DNA of 64,000 nucleotides, from the NCBI GenBank assembly GCA_025594325.1, contig JANHCV010000016.1, positions 372,001 to 436,000 of the forward strand, written 5' to 3'. Numbering within the stretch: position 1 is the stretch's first letter; every line of letters begins with the position of its first letter. The notes under the pieces were generated by a model. That model was not told the origin of the DNA. It saw nothing but the letters and a program-made list of their open reading frames with translations, and ran no database searches. The position numbers and the translations under genes were made by a program. This document shows positions 32,615 to 43,535 of the stretch, piece after piece. Source of the stretch: Blastocladiella emersonii ATCC 22665. Lineage: Eukaryota > Fungi > Blastocladiomycota.

Positions 32615-35477
32615 TTACACGCCACCGCCGGACCGCTCCGTCGACAGGCCGCGCGAGAAGGCGGGCAACCGGTCGCGCATGGCGGCGAGGTTCTCGTGCA
32701 GCGAGTTGGACGCGCGGAGCTCGCGCAGCGCCACGAGCACCTCGAGCACGTCGTTGAACTCGAGCGCGCGCTTGCGGTCGACGCCCGTCGTCGCGTACAC
32801 CTGCGCGAGCAGCGTCGACTCCTCGTCGGCCGAGATGGGCGTTGATGGCGCCGCCGCTGCCACTGCGGCGGCGGGGGTCGCGGCCGAGCTGCGGCCGAAC
32901 CACGAGGAAGACGAGGAAGCGGGCTTCGCGGCCTTGGCGGAAGCGGCGCCGTCGTGGTGCTGGATCCAGCCGACCTGGGCGAGCAGCGCCTCGAGCATGC
33001 CGCGCGGGATGCTTCCGTCGCTGTCCTTGTCGTAGTTGGCGAAGGCGGCACGGAACGCCTCGACCTCGTCGCGGGTGAAGTAGGCCTGCGAGAGGCCCTG
33101 CGACATGTACTGCTCGAGGGCGGCGCGGGTGGCGGACCGGAGGTCGGCGCGCGAACCCGCCGACGCCGTAGCGACGCCGTTCTCGAGGTTCGGCACCTCG
33201 CGGCCCTCGGGGTACTCGATGAGCGACGGCGAGGGGAGGCCCATGTACGTGAGGAACTCCATGGCGCCGTCGTACTCTGCGCGGCACCGGGCCTCGTCCC
33301 AGCCGAGCTCGTTCTGCATGATGGCAATGACCTTGGGCAGGGCCTGGGCGGCGGCGAGCGAGTTGAGGAACGCGAGGCGGGTGCGGCGCGCGAGCACGTC
33401 GACGGCGGTGCACGCGTACTCGCGGCGGACCGCGTAGCGCACCTCGGCCTCGAGGTACGGATAGTTGCCGACGAGGCGCTTGCCGAACAGCGGCCACGAC
33501 TTGCCCGTGGCGCGGGCGAGGGCGGCGACCGCCCACGCGCGGTCGCCGTACGACGACGCGAGGTGCTTGGCGACCTCGGTCTCGAGGCCGAAATGCTGCA
33601 CGAGCTTGATGAACATGGTCTTGGAGTAGCCGTGCGAGCCAATGAGCAGCGTCGACTCGGTGCGCGACTTGGCGTGGGTCGGCTCGAGCTGGAACGTCTC
33701 GATGGCGAGGTCGACCGTCTCCTCGGCCATGCACCGGTACGTGGTCCACTTGCCGCCGGCGATGGTGAGCAGGCCCGACGGCGTCACGTGCAGCATGTGG
33801 TTGCGGACGAGGCCGGCGGTGGACGACGCGGCGGGGTCGCGGACGAGCGGGCGGATGCCCGACCACGCGGCCAGCACGTCGCCGCGGCGCACCTTGACGT
33901 CGGGCGACAGGTAGCGGCGGACCTCGGACAGGATCCAGTTGATCTCGTCCTCGGTGGCGCGCGGGTTGGCCGAGACGTCGGTCGGGGTGTCGGTGGTCCC
34001 GGCAATGGTGCCGCCCTGCCACGGCAGGAAGAAGATGACGCGGCCGTCCGACGTCTGCGGGTCGAGCAGGCCCATGTCGGCGGGGGCGTAGTAGTTGGGC
34101 AGGATGATGTGCACGCCGGCCGAGGGCGCGACAATCTCCTCGGCGGTCGGCGCGTCGAGCTTGCGGATGCCGTCGGTGAAGGGCCCCGTGGCATTGACGA
34201 CGCCCTTGGCCTTGACGGTGAAGGTCTCGCCGGTGAGCGTGTCGCGGCACACGGCGGCGCAGATCTGCGGCACGTCCTTGCCGTCGACGTCCTTCTTGAC
34301 GAGCTCGACGACCTCGACGTGGTTGGCGACGGTGGCGCCGTGCGAGATGGCCGTGAGGGCGAGGGCGACGTTCATGCGCGAGTCGTTGTGCTGGCCGTCG
34401 TAGTAGACGAGGGCGCCGACGAGGTCGTCGGTGCGCAGCATCGGGAAGGCCTCGAGGGCCTTGGTCTTGGACAAAATGTACGACGACTCGAGCGCCTCCT
34501 TGCCGGCGAGCAGGTCGTAGGCCTTGCACCCGGCCCAGTAGTAGGGCAGCTGCCACCACTTGTAGAGCGGCAGCATGATGGGCAGCTGGTAGGCGAGGTA
34601 GGGCGCGATCTCGAGGAAGGTGGCGCGCTCGTGCAGCGCCTCGCACACGAGCTTGTACTGCTCGTAGTCGAGCTCCATGAACGCCTTTTCGAGGTACCGC
34701 ACGCCGCCGTGGACGAGCTTGGTGGACCGGGACGAGGTGCCTGTTTTCGTGGAAGTGATGATGGGGTGAGTGATTGTGCAGGCAGGGCAGAATTTTCACA
34801 CGGGCGGGCGGCAGGGCGTCGCAGGTAAGGTTGCAGGATCACTGGATGCGAGAATCGAACCCAGCGCCGCGCGCGCGCGCAAACCCCTTGCCTGGGCGCT
34901 GCCCGCGTGAAAACGCAAAGGGCGGGACGGACGGGAGCTGAGCAAAGCGGATGCTGCGGACCGAATCCGAGCCCCACGCGCGCGCGAGGCGAGCGAGCAA
35001 CACAAACAACCCCACAACAAAGGCATGAAAAGACGCACCAGCCGAAAAGTCGTCGCGCTCGACGAGCGCAACCTTGAGCCCGCGGGTCGCCGCGTCGAGG
35101 GCGACGCCGGTGCCCGTCGCGCCGCCGCCGATGATGAGCAGGTCGAACTCGGCGGGGTCGCGCGCCGAGTTGGCGTCGCGCTCGAGCGGGGAGCCGTCCT
35201 TGGCCTTGCCCTGCAGGGCGTTGAGCAGCTCGGAGCGCGTCGGGAGCGCGGGCGGCGCCTCGAGGACGGGCGGGCGGCCCGAGGCGGGGTCCGCATCCGC
35301 CAGAATGCGCGGCATCCAGATCGAGTCCGTGTCGGCGTCGATGCCGCCGGCGCGCAGCCGCTGCAGGCGCGCGCGGTTCGACTGCACCGACGAGTACGTG
35401 AAGACGCCCGCCGCGGTGCCGACGGCCGCCGCGGCGGCGAGTAGTGGTCGGCGTCGGTTCGTGATGGCCCGCCACAT
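32615..35477 (-). CDS. GUT2: Mitochondrial FAD-dependent glycerol-3-phosphate dehydrogenase with C-terminal EF-hand-like domain; 2 exons
   Basis: Presequence; [58 protein letters not shown]. Intron 34741-35038, phase 1. Confidence 0.95.
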
Positions 35478-36056
35478 GGTGTTGGGAGTCGGGAAGTAGC
35501 TACGTGGGAGTGGGCCGCGGGAGCGCGTTCTGTCCAGAAGAAAGAGGGAGCGCGCCGCGCGGCGGGGCCCCGGCGAGCTTTATACGGCCCCGCGCAAGTG
35601 TGGCTCGGCACAACACAGCTGCTCATCCATCTCCCTGCCCGTATCACACGTGCACCGTATCAGCGCGTTGCGCCTCTCCTCTCCCCGCACGCATGCACGC
35701 GCCGCGCCCGAATATAGCGCGCGGCGATGCATTGCGACGCACGGCGCGTCAGCGCGCCAGGCTTGATGGAAATCCACCCACGCGCTCCGACGTCGCCGCG
35801 GTCGCGGGAAACTCCAAGATTCCACGCCGGCGGCCGTCGTCCCTGAATCCCGAGCGTGGGACTCGCGGCGACCATGGAACGTGGCCGCGGCCGTGGAAGC
35901 CGTGGGTGGCCACCATGGGGCCCGTCGCGCGCGAGTCACCCGGATGTCTCGCACCATGTCTCACACCCGCCTCGCGACGCGCGTCTTCGTCTCGGTGGGG
36001 TTGCCGATCAGGGGAGGTGTGGGCAAGCCAAATCCATCTAATTCATACACACATCG

Positions 36057-39000
36057 CTACGCCTTCTTCTGCATGACCAGCCCGAGCGGGACATCGTCGT
36101 CCTCGTCGTCCTCGTCAGCCGCTGCGGGTGCTGGTGGTGCGGCGGGTAGTGGCGGCCGCGGAGGTGCTCCGGCTGCTGCGGTCCGGCCGCGCGACCGGCT
36201 GCGCGACCGCGCCGAACGTGCCTTGGACCCGGTCCCGCGCGGGCGGCGGGGCGCGGCTCCTGCTGCGTCGTCGCCGTCGGCCGCGGACTCGGTGCCGTCA
36301 GCAGCATGCTCCTCGTCACCGCTGCCAGCCTCCCCGTCCTCCTCGTCCTCGTCGTCATCATCATCATCGTCGTCATCGTCATCCTCGCTACTCGAGTCCG
36401 AGTCCGAGTCGGACCCGCCGCCCTGCCCGCTGCGACGCCGCCGAGCGCGGCCCGCGCGCCGAGCGCCCGCTGCATTCGCTCCGCGGCCGTCGGACGTGTA
36501 CCCGTCCTCCCATCGCGGTCCCGCAGCACCGGCGGCCGCGTAGTTGGGTGCAGGGACGACCATTTCGGATGACCGCGGGCCACTGCGCGACCGCGACCCG
36601 GACCCGTTGCGCCGCTTGCGCCGCTTGCCGTTGCCGCCGAGATTCGACTGGAACCGGCCGCCCTTCCACACGATCGCCTTCTGCGGGGCGTCGCCGCCCG
36701 CGCCGGCGGCGGCTGCTGCTGCTGCGGCACCGTCGGCGGACTCGGCGGCAGCCGCTGCGGCTTCGGCGGACGCGGCGTTGGTCGCTGCGGCAGCCGCCGT
36801 CGCGGCCGCCATGGCCGCCTCCTCCTCGGCGCGCCGCAGCGACATGTACCACACCAGCATGTTGGAGATGAGCACCTGGTGGTGGAGCGGGCGCCGCGGG
36901 TTGGCGAGCTTCTGGTGCGCGAGCCGGCAGATGGCGCGCTCAATGTGGATCGGGTACCGCTGCGGGACGCCGCCGGGGGCTGCGGGGAGTTTGGCGGTTG
37001 GCGCCGCGGAGGTCGCGACCGGGTTGCCGCGCGTGGTGGCCGTCGACGTGGATGTGGCGGCGGCCGCAGCCTTCTTGGACGAGGACGAGGAGGACGAACC
37101 CGACTTGAAAAACGACGCGACGAGCGAGTTGCCCTTCTTCTTCCCCGCTGCCGCCGCCGGCGCAGGTGGTGCGGGCTCGTCCGCCATGCTCGCGGCAGCC
37201 GCTGCCGCCGCCGACGGCGTGAGCGTCCCATTACTCTTGCCGTGCCCGCTGCTCGAGCCCGACGAGAACAGCCACCCCCACGACGACGTCTTCTTGAGCT
37301 TCTGCTCCCCGGCGGCCGCCGCCGCGGGCACCGCCGCGACCTGGTTGACGATGGGCGACGCCGGGACCGCGGGCTCGCCGAGCTTGCTCCCGGCCAGGAC
37401 CACGGGCGTGGGCGACACGGCGACCTCGTCCTTTTTGCTGCTGGACCCGCGCTTGGCGAACCCGAAGATGGACGTCTTCTTCTTCTTGACGACCTGCGCC
37501 GGCTGCTGCACCTGCTGCACCGCGAGCGACGGCGTGGCCGGCGACGGCGTCACGGTCGCGGGCACGACGCGCGGCTGCAGCGCCGACGGCGGGGTCGGCG
37601 TCACGGGCGTCACGACGGGCGAGGCGGCGGCGGCGGCCGCGGAGGTGGTGCGCGGCGACGCCTCGATGGTGATGGTCCCGTCGGGCGCCGTCGTGAGGGT
37701 GCCGGCGGCCACTGGTTTCGCCTCGACGGCGACGGCGGCGGGTTCCGCGGCAGCCGCCTTGGGCGCAGCGGCCGCCTCGTGCTTGGCCGACGCGATGCGC
37801 GGGGGCAGCGTGAGTGGCACAATCGCGGGCGCCGGCGCAGGACCCGGCGGGGACGGCGACGCGGTGGGCGAGCTCGGGTCGAACGTGAGCGGCGGGAGCG
37901 CTGGCGCAGCGGCCGCGGGCGTCTCGACGGGCGACGGGACGTCTGCGGCGTCGATGGTCGGGGACGGCGGGCCCTTGGCGTCGGTGTCGACCGAGAGCGA
38001 CGGGCGGACGCGCGCGCGCGTGCGCAGCGACGACGAGCGTTCGGGCGGGATCACGTAGCCGGACGCCGAGTCGGGGGAGGTTGGTGACGTGGACGACTTG
38101 CCCGCCGGGACCAGCAGGTCGAGGACGGGCGGGATCACGGGCGGCAAAGGGAGCGAGCTCGAGTCGAATGTCGGGAGCGTCGGCAGCGTGAGCGCCGGTT
38201 TTGCGGCTGCCGCGTTGGCCGTCGCGGGCGTCGGCGTCACCGAGTCGGACTCGGTCTCGGTGGAGTCGGGGGCACCCGAATCGATCGAGTCGCGGTACGC
38301 GGGCAGGTGAATCGCGAGCGCGCGGTCAGCAGCAACCGGCTCGGGCTCAGCGTCCGCCTCGGCCTCGGCGGTGCGGCCGAGCTTGTGGTGGCGCTGGTCG
38401 GAGCGGCGGCGCTGCAGGCTCGATGGCCCGCTGACGCGGCGGCGAAGCGAGGTGCGTCGGCGCGGGGACAGCGAGGCCGGGGTGACGGGGATGCCGCCCG
38501 TCGCGACGGGGGCGGACGCGGGAGCGGGCGAGGGGATGGCGCCCGCAGCGTCGGCGGTAGCTGCGTCCATGGGACTGTGCGGGCGGCGCATCGGGCGGGT
38601 GCGCACGCTGCGCTTGAGCGTGGTGGCGCGCGCGTGGTCGTGCTCATACTCGTGCTCGTGCTCGTCGCCCTCGAGGTGGAGGTCGTGGTCGGCACCGTCG
38701 AGCGGCTCGGCGAACGGGTCCGCGCCCGCGTCCTCGGCGGCGGCGAGGCGCGACGTGGATGAGTTGGCCGTGTCGGTGGCGGACTCTTCAGGGATGGGCA
38801 CCTCGTGCAGCTCCTAGTCGCCACGCGCGCGCAAGGTCGTCAGCCGGAGGGTACACACGAGTCGAGCGAGTAGAGAACACACGTACGTCGGCGTGGTCGA
38901 CGGGCGAAATGAACATCTGCGACTGGCCCGTGGACGCGTTGCGCTTGAGCGAGACGACCGAGACGGACTCGCGGTACGACTTGCGGCGGCGGACGCGCGC

Positions 39001-39753
39001 GACGGCGGTGCCCGTGAGCTGCATGTCATGGCGGTCGAGCCAGTCCTTGAAGGCGAGCGGCGCGATCTCCGGGTGCTCGTGCGCGGGCACCCAGAACAGG
39101 TGCGGCGCAAGGTCGTCCGTCTTGTCGGCGGCGGCCGCCGCAGCCGCCGTGGCGAGCGGCGGACTCCCGCTCGCGGAACGGGCAGGCGGCGAGGGCGAGC
39201 GGCCGGTGCCGTTCAGACCGCCGTCGCGCGACAGCGAGCGCGTCAGGGCGCGCGGCGAGGTGCCGAGCGAGGAGCGGCGGTTGGGAGGGCTCGAAGAGGC
39301 GGTATCGGCGCCGTCAGCGTCGTCGTGGGCCGACGAGTGGTCGACCATGCCGAGCTGCAGCACGTCGAGCGAGTCGGCGGGGTCGACGGGTTTCGCGGCG
39401 GCGGCGGCGGCGGGTGGGTCGGCGGGCCGCATTGGGCGATCGGCGAGCGAGGCGAGGTCGGGCAGGTCGGCGAGGGCCGCGTCGAGGTCGATGGTGGGCG
39501 AGGCAATGTCGAGGTCGACGACGGGGAGCGGCGGCGGGTTGGACGAGGAGGAGGAAGGCGCGTCGGGGTCGGCGGCAGCGCCGTCGCCCGCAGCGGCCGG
39601 CGCAGCAGCAGCAACGGCTGGAGGCATGGTGAGACTCGCGTCGTCGATGGTGTCGAAGTGGAACGAGTCGCGGTGGCGCTGGGGCCGGGCGGCGCAGGCG
39701 GTGCGATCGGACGCAGGTTCAGAGGGCGCGGGCGGGACGTCGTCGCCCAGCAT
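36057..39753 (-). CDS. ZDS1: Zds1/Zds2-family PP2A-Cdc55 regulator; 2 exons
   Basis: N-terminal LFWVPAHEHPEIAP..F..WL motif and Zds_C motif RYPIHIERAICRLAHQKLANPRRPLHHQVLISNMLVWYMSL. Intron 38814-38886. Confidence 0.85.
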
Positions 39754-40779
39754 GGGGCGGGTCCGAGCGGTCGTTGATGCGTGTGGTTACGTTTCGGGGA
39801 GCCGGTCGCTCGCGAGCTGGGGAGCGGGAGCGGCAATCGAAGCGAGGCAGGCGCGAAGGTCGAGCGAAGCGGTGGCGCAACACCCCGCAGTCGCAGTCGA
39901 CGTGGCGCGGGCAGGGCAGCGATGCGCTGCAGGGTCCAACCCTAATCAATGCAGCTCGATGGTCGGCACGACAACACCCAGGACCGAGGATGGCACCGGC
40001 GCGGTCGCGAGAGGGAGGAGCGACGGTTGCAGCGGCACCGGGGGCGCGAAAATAGCGGGCTGCGCCACGCTGCAGTTCAGAGCGTGCGGTCCAGTTGCTG
40101 CAGCGGATCCACTGGGTGTTCAGTGCGATCGGCACCACTTGCAGCGCCGTGGCGGGGGCAGCGAGTCGGCGGTCGGTGATGGGAGGGGAGGGAGAGCTTC
40201 GAGCCGGCCGGCGCAGCAGGATGCGGGCGAGTCGAGGAGCAGCAGTAGCCGGCGGCACGTTCGCGCCGAGTGCGCCGAGTTGCGTCTGCCGCCGGGAGGG
40301 TCGAGCGCGGTGGGTTGGTGATGGTCCCGGAGTCGCCGGAAGCCAAGCAAGCGGAGAAGCGCGGAGGGGAGAGAGGCAAAAGCGGGCGTCACGTGGCGCT
40401 TACAGGACGCGACACGGGACGCAGCCGCGCCTGCCACGCCCGTCGGCCGCCACGCGCTGCTCTTTTTATCGCTGCCCGAAAACGCAAATTCTGGGTTTTC
40501 GGGAGGAGACCGACGCGCCGCGCGGACTCGCACGCCGCCCCTCGCTTGCGCGCTCCTCGGCCCGCCCCCGACAGATCGTCACCGCGTGCCCCCTCTTGCT
40601 GCAACGAATTTACCCCGGCGCGCTCTGGCAGCTGCCGACGACGAGCCTCGACCACGACCCTTGACGCGTGCTGATAGCGCCGACGCGGTCCGTGCCGCCC
40701 TGACGCGTTCCGCCCGCGACCCCCGCGCTCACCGCTCTCTGCCATCCAGAACCCACACCAAACCACACGACCCGCGAAC

Positions 40780-42696
40780 ATGAACGTCGACCCGCCCTCG
40801 TTCGCCGCCGAGGCCGCGGCCGCCATCAACGCCCCGCCACCGGGCGCCACGGGCGACGAGGTCCTGCCGTTCGCCATCCTCATGGACGAGCTCAAGCACG
40901 AGGAGATCCAGGTCCGCCTCATGGCCGTGCGCCGCCTCACCACCATCGCCCTCGCCCTCGGGCCCGACCGCGCCCGCGACGAGCTGATCCCCTTCCTCGA
41001 GGACTCGACCGACGACGAGGACGAGGTCCTGCGCGCCCTCGCCGAGGAGCTCGCCCACTTTGTCGACTACATTGGCGGGCCCGCCTACGCCCACCTGCTG
41101 CTGCCCACCCTCGAGACCCTCGCCGCCGCCGAGGAGACGGTCGTGCGCGACGCCGCCGTCGAGTCCATTGGCAAGATCGCCGCCGTCCTCTCGGTGCACC
41201 AGGTCGAGGAGTCGCTCGTCCCGCTCGTCAAGCGCCTGTCCACGGGCGAGTGGTTCACCTCCAAGGTGTCGGCCTGCGGCCTCTACCCGCACGCCTACCC
41301 GCGCGCCAAGCCCGAGGCCCAGGACGACCTGCGCAAGTTCTTTGCCAACCTCGCCCGCGACGACACTCCCATGGTCCGCCGCGGCGCCGCCACCCACTTC
41401 CCCGCCTTTGCCAAGACGCTGAACGCCGACCACGCCAAGGCGGACCTGTTCCCCATCTTCATCGAGCTCGCCGCCGACGACCAGGACTCGGTCCGCCTCC
41501 TCGCCGTCCCCATCTTCCTCGCCCTCGCCGAGCGCGTCGACCTCGACACCACCAAGGCCCGCCTCGTCCCGACCCTCCTCCACCTCATCTCCGACAAGTC
41601 GTGGCGCGTCCGCTACATGGCCGCCAACTCGTACCTCGCACTGACCCTCGCCGTCACCGGCGCCTCCCCCGCCTCGGGCACTGCCGGCGCCGCTGGCGCC
41701 GCCGCCCCGGCCTCGCCCACGACGGCCGAGGCCCCGACCATCGTGGCCCCGCCCACGGCCGTCGACCCCGAGCTCGTCCACTCGTTTGTGGCGCTGCTGC
41801 ACGACGTGGAGGCCGAGGTGCGCGGCGCCGCCGCGTCGCAGGTGCCCGGGTTCGCCGCGCAGCTGCACGACCCGGATCTCGTCCTGTCGGCGCTGGTCCC
41901 CTGCGTCAAGGAGCTCGTCACGGACGCGAACCAGCACGTGCGGTCGGCCATTGCCCAGCAGATCTCGGGCCTGGCGCCGATCCTCGGCCGCGACGCGACC
42001 ATCGAGCACCTGCTCGCGCTGTTCCTGCAGCTGCTCAAGGACGAGTTCTCGGAGGTGCGCCTCAACCTCATCTCCAAGCTCGAGCACGTCAACCACGTGA
42101 TCGGGATCGAGTTCCTCGCGCAGTCGCTGCTCCCCGCGATCGTCGAGCTCGCCGAGGACCGCCAGTGGCGCGTGCGCGCGGCCATCATCGAGTACATGCC
42201 GCTGCTCGCGCAGCAGCTCGGGCAGCAGTTCTTCAACGACAAGCTCGGCCCGCTGTGCATGACGTGGCTCGGCGACCCCGTGTTCGCGATCCGCGAGGCG
42301 GCGTGCGTCAACCTGCGCAACCTCGCCCGCGTGTTCGGCAACGACTGGACGCGCGACGTGCTGCTGCCGCAGGTCACGGGCATGACCACCCACGCCAACT
42401 ACCTGTTCCGCATGACCACCGTCATGGCGCTCACCACGCTCGCCCCCGCGCTGTCCGAGGAGCTCCTGCGCGACCCCGTGCTGCCCTCCATCACCACGCT
42501 CGCGCACGACCCGATCCCCAACATCCGGTTCAACGTGGCCAAGGCCATCGAGGCGCTGCTCCCGACGCTCCGCGCCGCCCAGGTCGCCGAGCTCGTCGTG
42601 CCGCTCCTCCAGAAGCTCGGCGGCGACGCCGACGCCGACGTCCGGTTCTTTGCCGGCAAGGCCATGGCCGCCGTCTCGGCCGCGTCCGCTGCCTAA
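40780..42696 (+). CDS. TPD3: PP2A scaffold (A) subunit, HEAT repeats; intronless
   Basis: PFAILMDELKHEEIQVRL, DDTPMVRR, DKSWRVRY, AEDRQWRVR, WLGDPVFAIREAA, NYLFRMT, DPIPNIRFNVAK. Confidence 0.96.
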   Translation: MNVDPPSFAAEAAAAINAPPPGATGDEVLPFAILMDELKHEEIQVRLMAVRRLTTIALALGPDRARDELIPFLEDSTDDEDEVLRALAEELAHFVDYIGGPAYAHLLLPTLETLAAAEETVVRDAAVESIGKIAAVLSVHQVEESLVPLVKRLSTGEWFTSKVSACGLYPHAYPRAKPEAQDDLRKFFANLARDDTPMVRRGAATHFPAFAKTLNADHAKADLFPIFIELAADDQDSVRLLAVPIFLALAERVDLDTTKARLVPTLLHLISDKSWRVRYMAANSYLALTLAVTGASPASGTAGAAGAAAPASPTTAEAPTIVAPPTAVDPELVHSFVALLHDVEAEVRGAAASQVPGFAAQLHDPDLVLSALVPCVKELVTDANQHVRSAIAQQISGLAPILGRDATIEHLLALFLQLLKDEFSEVRLNLISKLEHVNHVIGIEFLAQSLLPAIVELAEDRQWRVRAAIIEYMPLLAQQLGQQFFNDKLGPLCMTWLGDPVFAIREAACVNLRNLARVFGNDWTRDVLLPQVTGMTTHANYLFRMTTVMALTTLAPALSEELLRDPVLPSITTLAHDPIPNIRFNVAKAIEALLPTLRAAQVAELVVPLLQKLGGDADADVRFFAGKAMAAVSAASAA

Positions 42697-43535
42697 GATC
42701 TCTCCTTCTCTTTGTCGTATATTCTTCCTCCCGTCTCTGCCTTGTTTGCTGTCCCCCTCATTTTCACAATATCTTTTGGTTTACCTGCCCGTCCGCCTGC
42801 TGCGCCACGTTTTTTGACCCAACGCGTCTCCCTCCCCTCACGTGGCGGGCGCGCGCGTCTCACGCCCCGCTGACCGGCGCGTCTCTCGCCGGTGTCTCCG
42901 TCCCCTCCCCTCACCCTCCTCCGCCGGCTCGCCAAGCCGGCTCTACCGGGAGACGGCGCGTCGCGTGCACACAAAGGAGTCGGGTCACCCCGCAGCCGCC
43001 GGACGTGGTGTGGTTCGCGGCGCACCGTCTCCCGATCGAGCCCGCGTTGCGCTGGCGCTGGCGCTGGGCGAGGTGATATACGCGTCGCGCCACACTACTC
43101 GATGCCCGCTCTCGAATCACACTTGTACTGCGACGAATCGACTTGAAGAAGAAGCGACTGCACCACTCGCAGCTCAGAAGCATAGGATTTGCCCAGCGCG
43201 ACTGGAAACGTGGGCCCGCGCACCGTCCCCACCATCGATCGCATCGCACAACACGCATTTCGGCGCACCGCTCGCATTTTCCCGCGCACACTCATCGCGC
43301 CCGCCGACCGTCTCCCGCGATCCGCTCCACACCGACCGCGTGCGTGCGCGAGCGTTGCGAGGAGAAAGGGGAAGTGGAAGAGGTCCATCGCGCCGCCCGC
43401 TCTCTCCCATCGACAGCGACCACCGCCGCCGCCACTTATACGAAGCGCATGCACCATCGCAGCTACTACGGCCGCGGCTAGACCATACATTGCACCCACT
43501 GCGACGCGCCCTCGATCGCGACCACTACCGCGACC

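Noticed and set aside
34741-35038. B-box-like GGTTCGATTC inside the long GUT2 intron, possible tRNA or snoRNA
   Set aside because: No acceptor stem, D-arm or A-box could be folded and the T-stem pairs poorly; no proper C/D boxes. An Rfam scan would settle it.
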